A stretch of DNA of 64,000 nt from Planctomycetota bacterium. GTDB taxonomy: Bacteria; Planctomycetota; UBA1135; UBA2386. Location: the NCBI GenBank assembly GCA_965223545.1, contig OZ245006.1:384001-448000 (forward strand), given 5' to 3'. The position numbers and the translations under genes are program-made. Below the pieces are notes generated by a model. That model was not told the origin of the DNA, searched no databases, and saw only the letters and a list, made by a program, of their open reading frames with translations. Of the stretch, positions 39,441 through 51,996 are shown in pieces. Each line of letters starts with the position of its first letter. Position 1 is the stretch's first letter.

Positions 39441-40445
39441 GTGAAGCGCGACCTTCTCTCTGCCGCCGATCTCACCCCCGACGAGCTGACGCGGCTCATC
39501 GCCCGCGCCCTCGAGCACAAGTCGGCCCCGTCCGCCGCCAGCCTGGCGGGCAAGACGCTCGGCCTGTTGTTCTTCGACCGCAGCCTGCGCACTCGGGTCT
39601 CCTTCGAGGTGGCCATGGACCAGCTCGGCGGCCACTGCATGAACATCTTCGCCGACCGCGAGCTGTACGACCTCGAGCCCGACGAGCAGGTCGTCATGGA
39701 CGGCCGCGCCGACGAGCACGTCAAGGACGCCGCCCGGACCCTGTCGCGCTACGTCGACGCCCTCGGCGTGCGGCAGATCAGCCAGACCGGCGAGTGGGAG
39801 CGCGACCGCGCCGACCTGCTGCTGCGCGCCTACGCCGAGCACGCCACCGTGCCGGTGATCAACTTGGAGACCGTGCAGGAGCACCCGTGCCAGGCGATCG
39901 CCGACGTGCTGACGCTGCGCGAGCACCTGGCGACCGACGACCTGCGCGGGCGTTCGCTGACGCTGGCGTGGTCCAACCACCCGCAACCCAAGGGCATGGG
40001 CGCCAGCCACTCGGTGCTGACCCTGGCGGCGATGCTCGGCATGCGGGTCACCGTCGCGCACCCGCTGGGCTTCGAGCTCGACGCCGATGCGATGGCGCGC
40101 GCCGGCGAGCTCGCCGCCGCCGGCGGCGGTGAGGTGCGGGTCATCAACGACCTGCAGGAGGCCGCCAAGGGCGCCGAGGTGCTGTACGCGCGCTCGTGGG
40201 GCGCGATCAAGTACTGGAACGACGCCGCGCGCGAGTCGATGGTCAAGCGCTCGCTCGACAGCTGGCAGATCGACGCCGACGTCATGGCGCGCACCGACAA
40301 CGCCCTGTTCATGCACCCGCTACCGGTGCGCCGCAACGTCGCCGTCAGCGACGAGGTGCTCGACGGCCCGCGCTCGGTGGTCTACGACCAGGCCGAGAAT
40401 CGGATGCACGCGCAGAAGGCTCTGCTGGAGCACCTGCTGCTCTGA
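39441..40445 (+). CDS. argF: N-acetylornithine carbamoyltransferase (ArgF' type)
   Basis: SLRTRVSF, extended loop MDGRADEHV, HPCQ, HPLPVRRN, QAENRMHAQK. Confidence 0.85.
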   Translation: MKRDLLSAADLTPDELTRLIARALEHKSAPSAASLAGKTLGLLFFDRSLRTRVSFEVAMDQLGGHCMNIFADRELYDLEPDEQVVMDGRADEHVKDAARTLSRYVDALGVRQISQTGEWERDRADLLLRAYAEHATVPVINLETVQEHPCQAIADVLTLREHLATDDLRGRSLTLAWSNHPQPKGMGASHSVLTLAAMLGMRVTVAHPLGFELDADAMARAGELAAAGGGEVRVINDLQEAAKGAEVLYARSWGAIKYWNDAARESMVKRSLDSWQIDADVMARTDNALFMHPLPVRRNVAVSDEVLDGPRSVVYDQAENRMHAQKALLEHLLL

Positions 40446-41484
40446 CGGCCGCGGCCGCGCGCGGGCCGAAGCCGAGCGCTGCCGCGGTGCGCCGCAGCGC
40501 GTCGTCGAGCTCGGCGCGCGCGACGAAACCGAGCAACCGCCGCGCCGGCTCCGGATCGGCGACCCACCCATCGGCGCCGAGGTCGCGCAGCTTGTCGCGG
40601 CCGAACACCGACGGCGTCCGCGCCCAGCGGTTGTAGACGTCGCTGGCGACTGCCGCCGGCCAGACCGCGGCCAGCGGGGCGTGCACCAAGCGCGCGCGCC
40701 GGCCACAGGCGGCCGCCACCCGCCGCGGCAGGCTGTCGGTGTCGACCCGCTCGGCGCCGTCGAGGGGCACGACCTCGCCGTGCACGGCGGCCGTCACCGC
40801 GCGGTGCAGGGCGTCGACCAGGTCGTCGATGTAGAGCACCGACAGCGGACGCGGCACCGACGGCACCACCACCAGCGGCGCCCGGCACTGCTGGAACAGC
40901 AGCCGACTGGCGGCGTCGTGCGGACCGAAGACGATCGGCGGGCGCAGGATCAGCCACGGCTGGCGGTCGCCCAGCGCGGCGACCGCCAGCTCCCCGTCGC
41001 GCTTGCTCCGGCCGTAGTCGGAGACCGGCGCGGCCGCCGTCGGCAGCACCGCACTGCCGCGGCCATCGCGGCTCGGCCCGGCGGCGGCGAGCGAGGACAC
41101 GTGCACCAGGCGTGCAGCCGGCGCGGCGTCGCGCACCGCATCGACCAGCCGCGCGGTGCCGGCGGCGTTGACCGCGGCGAAATCGGCGCGGCGCCGGACG
41201 GCGACGGCGCCGGCGATGTGCACCACCACCTCGGCACCGCACACGGCGCGCCGCAGCGCGGCTTCGTCCTCGAGGCTGCCGATCACGACCGAGGCCGGCG
41301 GCAACCCGCGCGCGGCAACCCGCGCCGGGTCGCGAACCAAGACGCGCAGCCGCTCCGCCGACCAGCCGCGGGCGAGCAGGCCGGCGACGAAGGCCCCGCC
41401 GACGAAACCCGTCGCCCCCGTGATCGCAGTGACCGGTCGGGCGGCGGACGGCGCTGGGCCCGGCCCGTCCCCGACCGCGGTCAT
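40345..41484 (-). CDS. NAD-dependent epimerase/dehydratase (extended SDR), possibly a ceramide reductase
   Basis: TGATGFVG, VSSLAA, YGRSK; 3' end overlaps argF' convergently. Confidence 0.8.
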   Translation of the reverse strand: MTAVGDGPGPAPSAARPVTAITGATGFVGGAFVAGLLARGWSAERLRVLVRDPARVAARGLPPASVVIGSLEDEAALRRAVCGAEVVVHIAGAVAVRRRADFAAVNAAGTARLVDAVRDAAPAARLVHVSSLAAAGPSRDGRGSAVLPTAAAPVSDYGRSKRDGELAVAALGDRQPWLILRPPIVFGPHDAASRLLFQQCRAPLVVVPSVPRPLSVLYIDDLVDALHRAVTAAVHGEVVPLDGAERVDTDSLPRRVAAACGRRARLVHAPLAAVWPAAVASDVYNRWARTPSVFGRDKLRDLGADGWVADPEPARRLLGFVARAELDDALRRTAAALGFGPRAAAAVRAAGAPAEPSARASDSRPGRRPPSAGRRAPRR

Positions 41485-41626
41485 CGCCCGCAACTCGAAC
41501 GCCCGCCGCGTCCTAGGCGCAGCCGCCTGGGCAGAAAGCGTTTGGTGCGGGGGGGCGCGAATCCTAACATCCGCCCCCCGAGGCGCCTGGGCTGAGCCGG
41601 TTTAGGCACCACCGAAAACCGATTCT

Positions 41627-42856
41627 GTGGACCTGTTCGCGAAGTGCCATCGATTCACCCGCGCCAAGGAGGTGCAGGCGAAAGGGTTGTACCCGTACTT
41701 CATCCCGACGGCCAGCAGCCGCGGGACGGAGGTCGAGATCGGCGGCCGCCGCCTGATCATGGCCGGCAGCAACAACTACCTCGGCCTCACCCACCATCCG
41801 CGCGTGTGCAGCGCGGTGCGCGCCGCGGTCGACCGGCACGGCTCGTCGTGCACCGGCTCGCGCTTCCTCAACGGCACGCTCGAGCTGCACGAGGAGCTCG
41901 AACGGCGATTGGCGCAGTTCTTGGGCCGCGAGGCAGCGCTTTGCTTCTCGACCGGCTTCCAGGCGAACCTCGGCGTCATCGCTTCGCTGTGCCGCAAGGG
42001 CGACGTGATCTACTGCGATCGCGACAACCACGCCTCCTTGTTCGACGGCTGCCGGCTGAGCTTCGCCGAGACCCGCAAGTTCGCGCACAACGACTGCCAG
42101 CAGCTGCGCACGCTGCTCGAGCGGTCGGCGGAGCGCGGCGTCGGCGGCCAGCTCATTCTGGTGGATGGCGCGTTCTCGATGCTCGGCGACCTCGCCGACC
42201 TGCCGACTCTGACCGCGTTGGCCCGGCGCTACGGCGCGCGGCTGATGGTCGATGAAGCGCATTCGGTCGGCGTGCTCGGGGCCACCGGGCGCGGCGTCGC
42301 CGAGCACTTCGGCGTCGAGGCCGACGTCGATTTGGTCGTCGGCACCTTCAGCAAGAGCCTGGCCAGCATCGGCGGCTTCGTCGCCGGCCCCGAGGCGGTG
42401 GTCCACTACATCAAGCACCACGCCCGTTCGCTGATCTTCTCGGCCTCGATCCCGGCGAGCGCGGCCGCCGCCGCCCTCGCGGCGCTCGACGTCATCGAAA
42501 GCGAGCCCGAGCTGCGGCGCCGCCTACACAACAACGCAACCCGTGCGCGCACCGAGCTCGCCCGCATGGGCTATCGCCTCGGCCCGACGCAGACGCCGAT
42601 CGTGCCGGTGATCATCGGTGACCAAACCCGGCTGTTCCACTTCTGGAAGGGCCTGTTCGACGCCGGGTTGTACACCAATCCAGTCACCGGACCGGCGGTG
42701 CCGGCGGGAATGGACCTGATCCGCACGTCGTACATGGCAACCCACAGCGACGCGCAGCTGGACCGCATCCTCGAGATCTTCGAGACCGTCGGCCGCCGCC
42801 AGGGCCTGATCCCCGGCGGGAGGGCGCGCACTGCGCAGCGCCAGGCGCTCGGCTGA
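41627..42856 (+). CDS. PLP alpha-oxoamine synthase, serine palmitoyltransferase-like
   Basis: GLYPYF, GSNNYLGL, GSRFLNGT, NHAS, DEAH, GTFSKSLASIGGF. Confidence 0.85.
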   Translation: MDLFAKCHRFTRAKEVQAKGLYPYFIPTASSRGTEVEIGGRRLIMAGSNNYLGLTHHPRVCSAVRAAVDRHGSSCTGSRFLNGTLELHEELERRLAQFLGREAALCFSTGFQANLGVIASLCRKGDVIYCDRDNHASLFDGCRLSFAETRKFAHNDCQQLRTLLERSAERGVGGQLILVDGAFSMLGDLADLPTLTALARRYGARLMVDEAHSVGVLGATGRGVAEHFGVEADVDLVVGTFSKSLASIGGFVAGPEAVVHYIKHHARSLIFSASIPASAAAAALAALDVIESEPELRRRLHNNATRARTELARMGYRLGPTQTPIVPVIIGDQTRLFHFWKGLFDAGLYTNPVTGPAVPAGMDLIRTSYMATHSDAQLDRILEIFETVGRRQGLIPGGRARTAQRQALG

Positions 42857-42916
42857 GCCGAGTTTGCCAGGACGAGACCCGACTCGGAGGCGCTGCCGGT
42901 TAAGCTGAGACCAGCG

Positions 42917-46357
<3,441 letters not shown>

Positions 46358-46382
46358 GTTGCTGGTGAGTACAAGGGCACTC

Positions 46383-46757
46383 ATGTTCGACCATGTCAAG
46401 TTCGGCGTCCGCGACTTTGCGCGGAGCAAGGCCTTCTACGTGCAGGCGCTCGAACCGATTGGCGTCACCGTGGTCACGGACTGGCCGCCGAACGGTGCTG
46501 AGCTGAGTCAACCGGATGGCGAGAGCTCTCTATGCCTGTACCAAACGGAGGAGAAGCCCGCGCATCTGCACATTGCGTTCGTCGCCGAGAACCGACGACA
46601 GGTCGACGCGTTCTATGCCGCCGCTCTCAGCGCGGGCGGGCAAGACAACGGGCCACCTGGACTTCGACCTCAGTACAGCGGGCGGTACTACGCCGCCTTT
46701 GTTCTCGACCCCGACGGACACAACATCGAAGTGGTCTGCCATGAGGCGGAGGACTGA
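46383..46757 (+). CDS. VOC/glyoxalase family protein
   Basis: MFDHV, HIAF, DNGPPGLRP, YYAAFVLDPDGHNIEVV. Confidence 0.9.
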   Translation: MFDHVKFGVRDFARSKAFYVQALEPIGVTVVTDWPPNGAELSQPDGESSLCLYQTEEKPAHLHIAFVAENRRQVDAFYAAALSAGGQDNGPPGLRPQYSGRYYAAFVLDPDGHNIEVVCHEAED

Positions 46758-46768
46758 GGAGCCGCAGC

Positions 46769-48208
46769 TCACCGCTCGAGCACGGTCGCTACGAACCCCG
46801 GCCTCGACACTTCCCGCAGTGTGTAGCGCTGGCGCAGGTACTCGTCCGCAAAGCGCGCCAACCACGGCGGCCGCCCCAGCTCCGCGAACCGCCGCCAGGC
46901 AGCCTCGGTGACGAAGACCGAGCCGGTGCGCATGTAGTCGCGCACGAACGCGTCGAACAAGACGCAACCCTGCTCGTAGGGAACGCCCGAGGAGTCGAAG
47001 TGCAGGGCCAGGCGCACGGCGGACGCCGCCGGAGTCCGCGGCGTCACCCGTAGGATCGCGTCGACCTCGCCGCTGTCGCCACAGATCACGAAGCCCGGCC
47101 CGCCGTCCAGCTCGGCGGCGACGCCGCGGCCGAAGGCGTCGTCCACCGCGCCGCGGTCGTGGTTCCAGACCAGCGTGACTGCGAGGGCGATGCCGAGGGC
47201 GATGGCGGCGCGCTGCACGACCAAAGGACACGCGGCGACCACCAGCAGGCCTGCGGGAAACACCAAGGGTAGGAAGTAGGCGCCGCGTTCTTCGGTGCCG
47301 ATCAGCACTGCCGCGGCGAAGCCGGTGTAGACGGCGACGCAGCAGACCAACAACACCGTGCCGCGGACCAGCCGACGCCGCAGGAAACCCGCGAGGAACA
47401 GCAGCGAAACCGGGAACAGACCGATCCCCCACTCCTCGAGCAGGACCTTTGGCAACAGCCCCCAGTGGAATCCCTCCGCGTAGCGCTCCGCCAAGAAGCC
47501 CAGCTGGCCGCCGAGCGGCGCCTCGACGGTGGCTGGCTGCAGCGCGGTGCCGCCGATGACGACCAGTGCGGTGTGCGTGGCGGCCGCGGCCGCGCCGGCG
47601 CGCAGCGCCGCCGCCCACGGCACGCGCCTCCGCACGACCTCGTGCAGCACGGCTGCCGCGACGACGCCCAGCAGCAGATGGCCGGTGCTGTGCACCAACG
47701 TGGCGGCCGCCGTTGCGGCACCGGTCACCGCCGCGGCGACAACTCCCGGGCGCCGCACGAGGCCGATCGCGAGCCACGCCACGACACCCGCGAACGCCAA
47801 GAAGACCGCGTGGATCTCGACGACGGTGGCGAAGAAGACCACGCCGGGAGCCGTCGCGGACAGCCAGCCCACCCTCCGCGCCGAGGCCCGGCAGCCGGTG
47901 AGACGGTAGGCCGCCAGCCAGAAGCCCAGCACGCCGGCGGTCGCGCCCAAGCCCGAGCACCAGCGCATGCTCTCGAACAGATTGCAGCCGAGCGCCTGCA
48001 GCGGCTGCACGAGGGCACCGACGAGCGGTAGGTACAGCAAGTGGACCGGGTGCGCGCGATCGTGCGCCAACCAGGTGACCAGGTAGTACGCGTCTTGTCC
48101 CCAGATCGCGTCTTGCGCGAGCGCGCCGTAGCCCACCACGCACGCAGCAGCCAGCACCAGGCCGTCCGCGGCCAGCCTCCACGTCGCGCTGGCCGCTGCG
48201 GAAGCCAC
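46769..48208 (-). CDS. Polytopic membrane protein, possibly a GT-C fold glycosyltransferase
   Basis: Many hydrophobic segments, early WGQDAYY...HPVHLLY loop, C-terminal soluble domain. Confidence 0.6.
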   Translation of the reverse strand: MASAAASATWRLAADGLVLAAACVVGYGALAQDAIWGQDAYYLVTWLAHDRAHPVHLLYLPLVGALVQPLQALGCNLFESMRWCSGLGATAGVLGFWLAAYRLTGCRASARRVGWLSATAPGVVFFATVVEIHAVFLAFAGVVAWLAIGLVRRPGVVAAAVTGAATAAATLVHSTGHLLLGVVAAAVLHEVVRRRVPWAAALRAGAAAAATHTALVVIGGTALQPATVEAPLGGQLGFLAERYAEGFHWGLLPKVLLEEWGIGLFPVSLLFLAGFLRRRLVRGTVLLVCCVAVYTGFAAAVLIGTEERGAYFLPLVFPAGLLVVAACPLVVQRAAIALGIALAVTLVWNHDRGAVDDAFGRGVAAELDGGPGFVICGDSGEVDAILRVTPRTPAASAVRLALHFDSSGVPYEQGCVLFDAFVRDYMRTGSVFVTEAAWRRFAELGRPPWLARFADEYLRQRYTLREVSRPGFVATVLER

Positions 48209-48221
48209 TGGCCTGGAGGCC

Positions 48222-48626
48222 TTACTCCTCGTCGTCGGCGACGGCGGCGAGCTGTTCGGCCAACACGGTGTTGTCGACCAGCTCGAAGATCGCCTTGCTG
48301 CCGCCATCGCCGATGCGATAGCCCGGCAGGCGGACGATGCGGGTGCAGCCGCCGGGCCGGCTCTGGTAGCGCGGCCCGAGCTCACCGAAGAGCTTGGCCA
48401 CCGCGTCCCGGTCCTGCAGCTGCGACAGCGCGCGGCGGTAGCGGTGCAGCGTCTTCTCCTTGCCGAGCGTCATCATCTTCTCGACGCGGCGCTGCATGCC
48501 CTTGGCCTTCTCGACGGTAGTGACCACGCGCTCGTGCTTGATCACCGAGACGATGAAGTTGCGGGTCATCGCCTCGCGGTGCGCCGAGTTGCGGCCGAGC
48601 TTCTTTCCGGCAATGCGGTGTCTCAT
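48222..48626 (-). CDS. rplQ: 50S ribosomal protein L17
   Basis: MRHRIAGKKLGRNSAHR, RPGGCTRI. Confidence 0.98.
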   Translation of the reverse strand: MRHRIAGKKLGRNSAHREAMTRNFIVSVIKHERVVTTVEKAKGMQRRVEKMMTLGKEKTLHRYRRALSQLQDRDAVAKLFGELGPRYQSRPGGCTRIVRLPGYRIGDGGSKAIFELVDNTVLAEQLAAVADDEE

Positions 48627-48653
48627 GACTTGCGTCTCTCGAGCTTGAGTTCG

Positions 48654-49652
48654 TCAGGCGTTGGCGTCGGAAGCAAGCCCGAGCGACAGCCCCAGCGCAG
48701 CCAACTTGGTCTTGACCTCCTTGAGGGAGGTCTTGCCGAAGTTGCGCACCTTGAGGATGTCGGACTCGGTGAGCTGCACCAGATCGCGCAGGGTCTGCAG
48801 GTTTTCCGAATCGAGGCAGTTCTTGGCGCGCACCGACAGGTCGAGGATGTCGACCGACTTGGACAGCAGCTCGTCGAGCTCCGCGCGCTTGGCGGTCTCG
48901 TCGCCCTCGGGCGCCAGCCCGCCGCCCTCGATGGCCAGGTCTTCCTTGAGTTCGAAGTACTGGACGAAGGGGTTGAGGTGCTTGCGGTAGATCTTGCTGG
49001 CCTCGACCAGGGCGATCTCCGGCGACACGGTGCCGTCTGTCCAGATGTCGAGCACCAACCGGTCGAAGTTGGTGAACTTGCCGACCCGGGTGTTCTCGAT
49101 CGCGTACTTGACGCGGTACACCGGGCTGAAGATCGAGTCGACCGGGATGGTGCCGACTTCCATGTCCTCGGTGACGTTGTCGTCCGCGGTCACGTAGCCG
49201 CGACCCTTGCGCACCTGCATCTCGCAGTAGAACCGCACCTCTTCGGTCAGGGTGCAGATCTTGAGGTCGGGGTTGACGACCTCGACGCTGTGATCGGTCT
49301 CGATGTCCGCCGCGGTGACGTCACCCTTGCGCGAGACGTCGATGCGCAGCGTGCTGGCGGCGTCGTTGTGCATGCGCACGCGCAGCTTCTTCAGGTTGAG
49401 GATGATCCGGGTGACGTCCTCGTAGACGCCCTGGATCGACGAAAACTCGTGCACCACCCCCTCGATCTTGACCCACGTCACCGCGGTGCCCTCGATCGAC
49501 GACAGCAGCACGCGCCGCAACCCGTTGCCGATGGTCTGACCGAAGCCGCGCTCGAACGGCTCGACCGTGAACCGGCCGTAGGTGTCGTTGGAGACGTCCT
49601 GGTCCATCTGCACCAGGGACGGCAGCTCGAAGTTGCGCCAACGAATTCTCAT
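48654..49652 (-). CDS. rpoA: RNA polymerase alpha subunit
   Basis: EPFERGFGQTIGNGLRRVLLSS, LSVRAKNCL, RNFGKTSL. Confidence 0.99.
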   Translation of the reverse strand: MRIRWRNFELPSLVQMDQDVSNDTYGRFTVEPFERGFGQTIGNGLRRVLLSSIEGTAVTWVKIEGVVHEFSSIQGVYEDVTRIILNLKKLRVRMHNDAASTLRIDVSRKGDVTAADIETDHSVEVVNPDLKICTLTEEVRFYCEMQVRKGRGYVTADDNVTEDMEVGTIPVDSIFSPVYRVKYAIENTRVGKFTNFDRLVLDIWTDGTVSPEIALVEASKIYRKHLNPFVQYFELKEDLAIEGGGLAPEGDETAKRAELDELLSKSVDILDLSVRAKNCLDSENLQTLRDLVQLTESDILKVRNFGKTSLKEVKTKLAALGLSLGLASDANA

Positions 49653-49689
49653 CGCATCACCACCCTTATCTACACACGAACAACTACGA

Positions 49690-50313
49690 CTACCTGGAGC
49701 AGAGCTCGACGATGAGCTGCTCGTTGATCGGGTGCGGGACGTCCTCCCGCTTCGGCAGTTGCACGACCTTGCCCTTGAGCTCGCTCGGGATCGCCTCGAG
49801 CCAGCCGGCCACGCCCTGCCCCTTGTTCACTTCGACGGCCTCGGAGGCCTTCTTCTTGATCTTCTCGCTGCCGCGGACCTCGATGTCGTCGCCGGGCCGC
49901 ACCAGGTAGCTGGGCACGCTCATGCGGCGCCCGCGGACGAACACGTGACCGTGGGCCACCATCTGCCGGGCGTCGAAACGGGACAGCGCCAGGCCCAAGT
50001 TGAGCACGACGTTGTCCAAGCGACGCTCGAGCAGCACCAGCAGGTTCTCACCCGTGTTGCCCTTCTGCCGGACCGCGGTCTGGAAGTACTTGCTGAACTG
50101 CCGTTCGAGCACACCGTAGATCCGCTTCGCCTTCTGCTTCTCGCGCAGCTGGGTCGCGTAATCGGTGGTCTTGCGCGGACGGGTGTGCATGCCGGGCGGA
50201 TAGTCCCGCCGGTTGATGCCACACTTCTCCGAGAAGCAGCGCTGTCCCTTGAGGAACAGCTTCATGCTCTCGCGCCGGCAGAGCTTGCAGACGTTGCCAG
50301 TGAACCTCGCCAT
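49690..50313 (-). CDS. rpsD: 30S ribosomal protein S4
   Basis: QLREKQK, LERRLDNVV. Confidence 0.98.
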   Translation of the reverse strand: MARFTGNVCKLCRRESMKLFLKGQRCFSEKCGINRRDYPPGMHTRPRKTTDYATQLREKQKAKRIYGVLERQFSKYFQTAVRQKGNTGENLLVLLERRLDNVVLNLGLALSRFDARQMVAHGHVFVRGRRMSVPSYLVRPGDDIEVRGSEKIKKKASEAVEVNKGQGVAGWLEAIPSELKGKVVQLPKREDVPHPINEQLIVELCSR

Positions 50314-50330
50314 AATCGATCCTCAATCCG

Positions 50331-50708
50331 TCAGACCCGGCGGCGCTTCGGCGCCCGGCATCCGTTGTGCGGCAGCGGTGTGCAGTCCTCGATCACCTTG
50401 ATGTCGATGCCCGAGTGCGCCAGAGCGCGGATCGCGGACTCGCGGCCCGAACCCGGCCCCTTCACCCGGACTTCGAGCTCGTGCACGCCCATCTTCCGCA
50501 GCTTGTCGGAGACCTTGTCGGCCGCGCGCTGCGCGGCAAACGGCGTGCTCTTGCGGCTGCCCTTGTAGCCGATCGTCCCCGCCGAGTCCCAGGCAATGAC
50601 CTGCCCGGTCGCGTCGGTGACGGTGACGATCGTGTTGTTGAAGGACGCCTTGATGTGGGCAATCGCCTTGCCCACGTTCTTGCGTGTCCGCTTCTTCTTT
50701 TCCGCCAT
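50331..50708 (-). CDS. rpsK: 30S ribosomal protein S11
   Basis: [24 protein letters not shown]. Confidence 0.98.
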   Translation of the reverse strand: MAEKKKRTRKNVGKAIAHIKASFNNTIVTVTDATGQVIAWDSAGTIGYKGSRKSTPFAAQRAADKVSDKLRKMGVHELEVRVKGPGSGRESAIRALAHSGIDIKVIEDCTPLPHNGCRAPKRRRV

Positions 50709-50736
50709 CGGTGTCGTCCGGAGCCGGGTGACCGGC

Positions 50737-51114
50737 CTACTTCCGCAGAATCTTCTTGTTGGCGACCGTCTTGCGCGGCCCTTTGCGCGTCCGCGCGTTG
50801 CACCGCGTCCGCTGCCCGTGCGCCGGCAACCCGCGCCGGTGGCGCAGCCCGCGGTAGCACATGATTTCCTTCAGTCGGTTGATGTTCGCCAGGTTCTGCC
50901 GCCGCAGCGGACCCTCCACGATCAACGCCGACTCGAGGTGGGCGGCGATCTTGGCGACATCGTCGTCCGACAGGTCCCGCGCCCGCATGTCGGGGCTCAG
51001 GTCCAGATCGGTGACGATCTTGTCGGCAGTGGTCTGGCCAATGCCGTAGATGTAGGTCAGCGCGATGCGGACCTTCTTGTCGTTGGGTAGGTCGACTCCG
51101 ACGATGCGTGGCAT
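50737..51114 (-). CDS. rpsM: 30S ribosomal protein S13
   Basis: [23 protein letters not shown]. Confidence 0.98.
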   Translation of the reverse strand: MPRIVGVDLPNDKKVRIALTYIYGIGQTTADKIVTDLDLSPDMRARDLSDDDVAKIAAHLESALIVEGPLRRQNLANINRLKEIMCYRGLRHRRGLPAHGQRTRCNARTRKGPRKTVANKKILRK

Positions 51115-51123
51115 ACCGCGCTC

Positions 51124-51240
51124 CTACTTGCCCTGGCGCTGTTTGTGGCGGGGATTGGTGCAGATGATGCGGACCACACCGCGCCGCCGCACGACGCGGC
51201 AGCTCTCGCACATGCGGCGAACACTCGCTCTGACCTTCAC
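51124..51240 (-). CDS. rpmJ: 50S ribosomal protein L36
   Basis: [14 protein letters not shown]...[12 protein letters not shown] from GTG at 51240. Confidence 0.96.
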   Translation of the reverse strand: MKVRASVRRMCESCRVVRRRGVVRIICTNPRHKQRQGK

Positions 51241-51318
51241 GATGACGACCTCGAAAAACAGCGGCAAACCCGCCGGGCGCGCGCCCCGCGGGTGACTCGA
51301 ATTCGGCAATGGGACGCT

Positions 51319-51996
51319 TCACGCACGGGCGGCGCCCCCCAGCTTGTCCACCAGGTCGTCGAGCACTGCGCCCGGCGCCTGGTCGGCATTGATCACGATC
51401 AGCACCCCGCGCGATCGGTAGTAATCGAGCAGGGGCTCGGTCTGCGAACGATAGGCTTCGAGCCGGGTCTCCACCACTTCCGCGCGGTCATCGGGCCGTT
51501 GGCTCGTCGGCTCTCCGCACCGGTCGCAGCGGTCCGCGACCGAGGTGGGGTTGAACTCGACGTGCCAGATCGCCCCGCAGCTGCTGTTCGTGCAGGTGCG
51601 GCGCCCGGTGAGCCGGCGGACCAGGATGGAGTGCGGCACCTCGAAGTAGGCCACGTGGGTCAACGCGGCCTCTCGGGGTAAGCCCTGATCCAGAGACTGA
51701 GCCTGGGTGAGAGTACGGGGAAAGCCGTCCAGAATCCAGGCCGACTTCGCGTCCGGCTGGCCGATCCGCTCCAGCACCATCGCGATGATCAGCGCGTCCG
51801 GCACCAGCTGGCCCTGATCCATGAACTGCTGCGCCTGCCGGCCGAGCTCGGTGCCGTTCTTGCGGTGCTCCCGCAGCATGTCGCCGGAGGAGACGTGCAG
51901 CACGCCGCTGCGCTCGACCAGCTGTTTGGCCTGCGTGCCCTTGCCGGCTCCCGGCGCGCCCAGGAAGACGGCGCGGATCTGGCCGCCGTCGCTCAA
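51319..51996 (-). CDS. adk: Adenylate kinase
   Basis: GAPGAGKGTQA, LDGFPRT, Cys-type LID domain. Confidence 0.97.
   Translation of the reverse strand: MSDGGQIRAVFLGAPGAGKGTQAKQLVERSGVLHVSSGDMLREHRKNGTELGRQAQQFMDQGQLVPDALIIAMVLERIGQPDAKSAWILDGFPRTLTQAQSLDQGLPREAALTHVAYFEVPHSILVRRLTGRRTCTNSSCGAIWHVEFNPTSVADRCDRCGEPTSQRPDDRAEVVETRLEAYRSQTEPLLDYYRSRGVLIVINADQAPGAVLDDLVDKLGGAARA

Noticed and set aside
40345..40445. 101-bp convergent overlap of argF' and the SDR gene
   Set aside because: The overlapping tail is low-complexity and most likely a late stop codon in GC-rich DNA.
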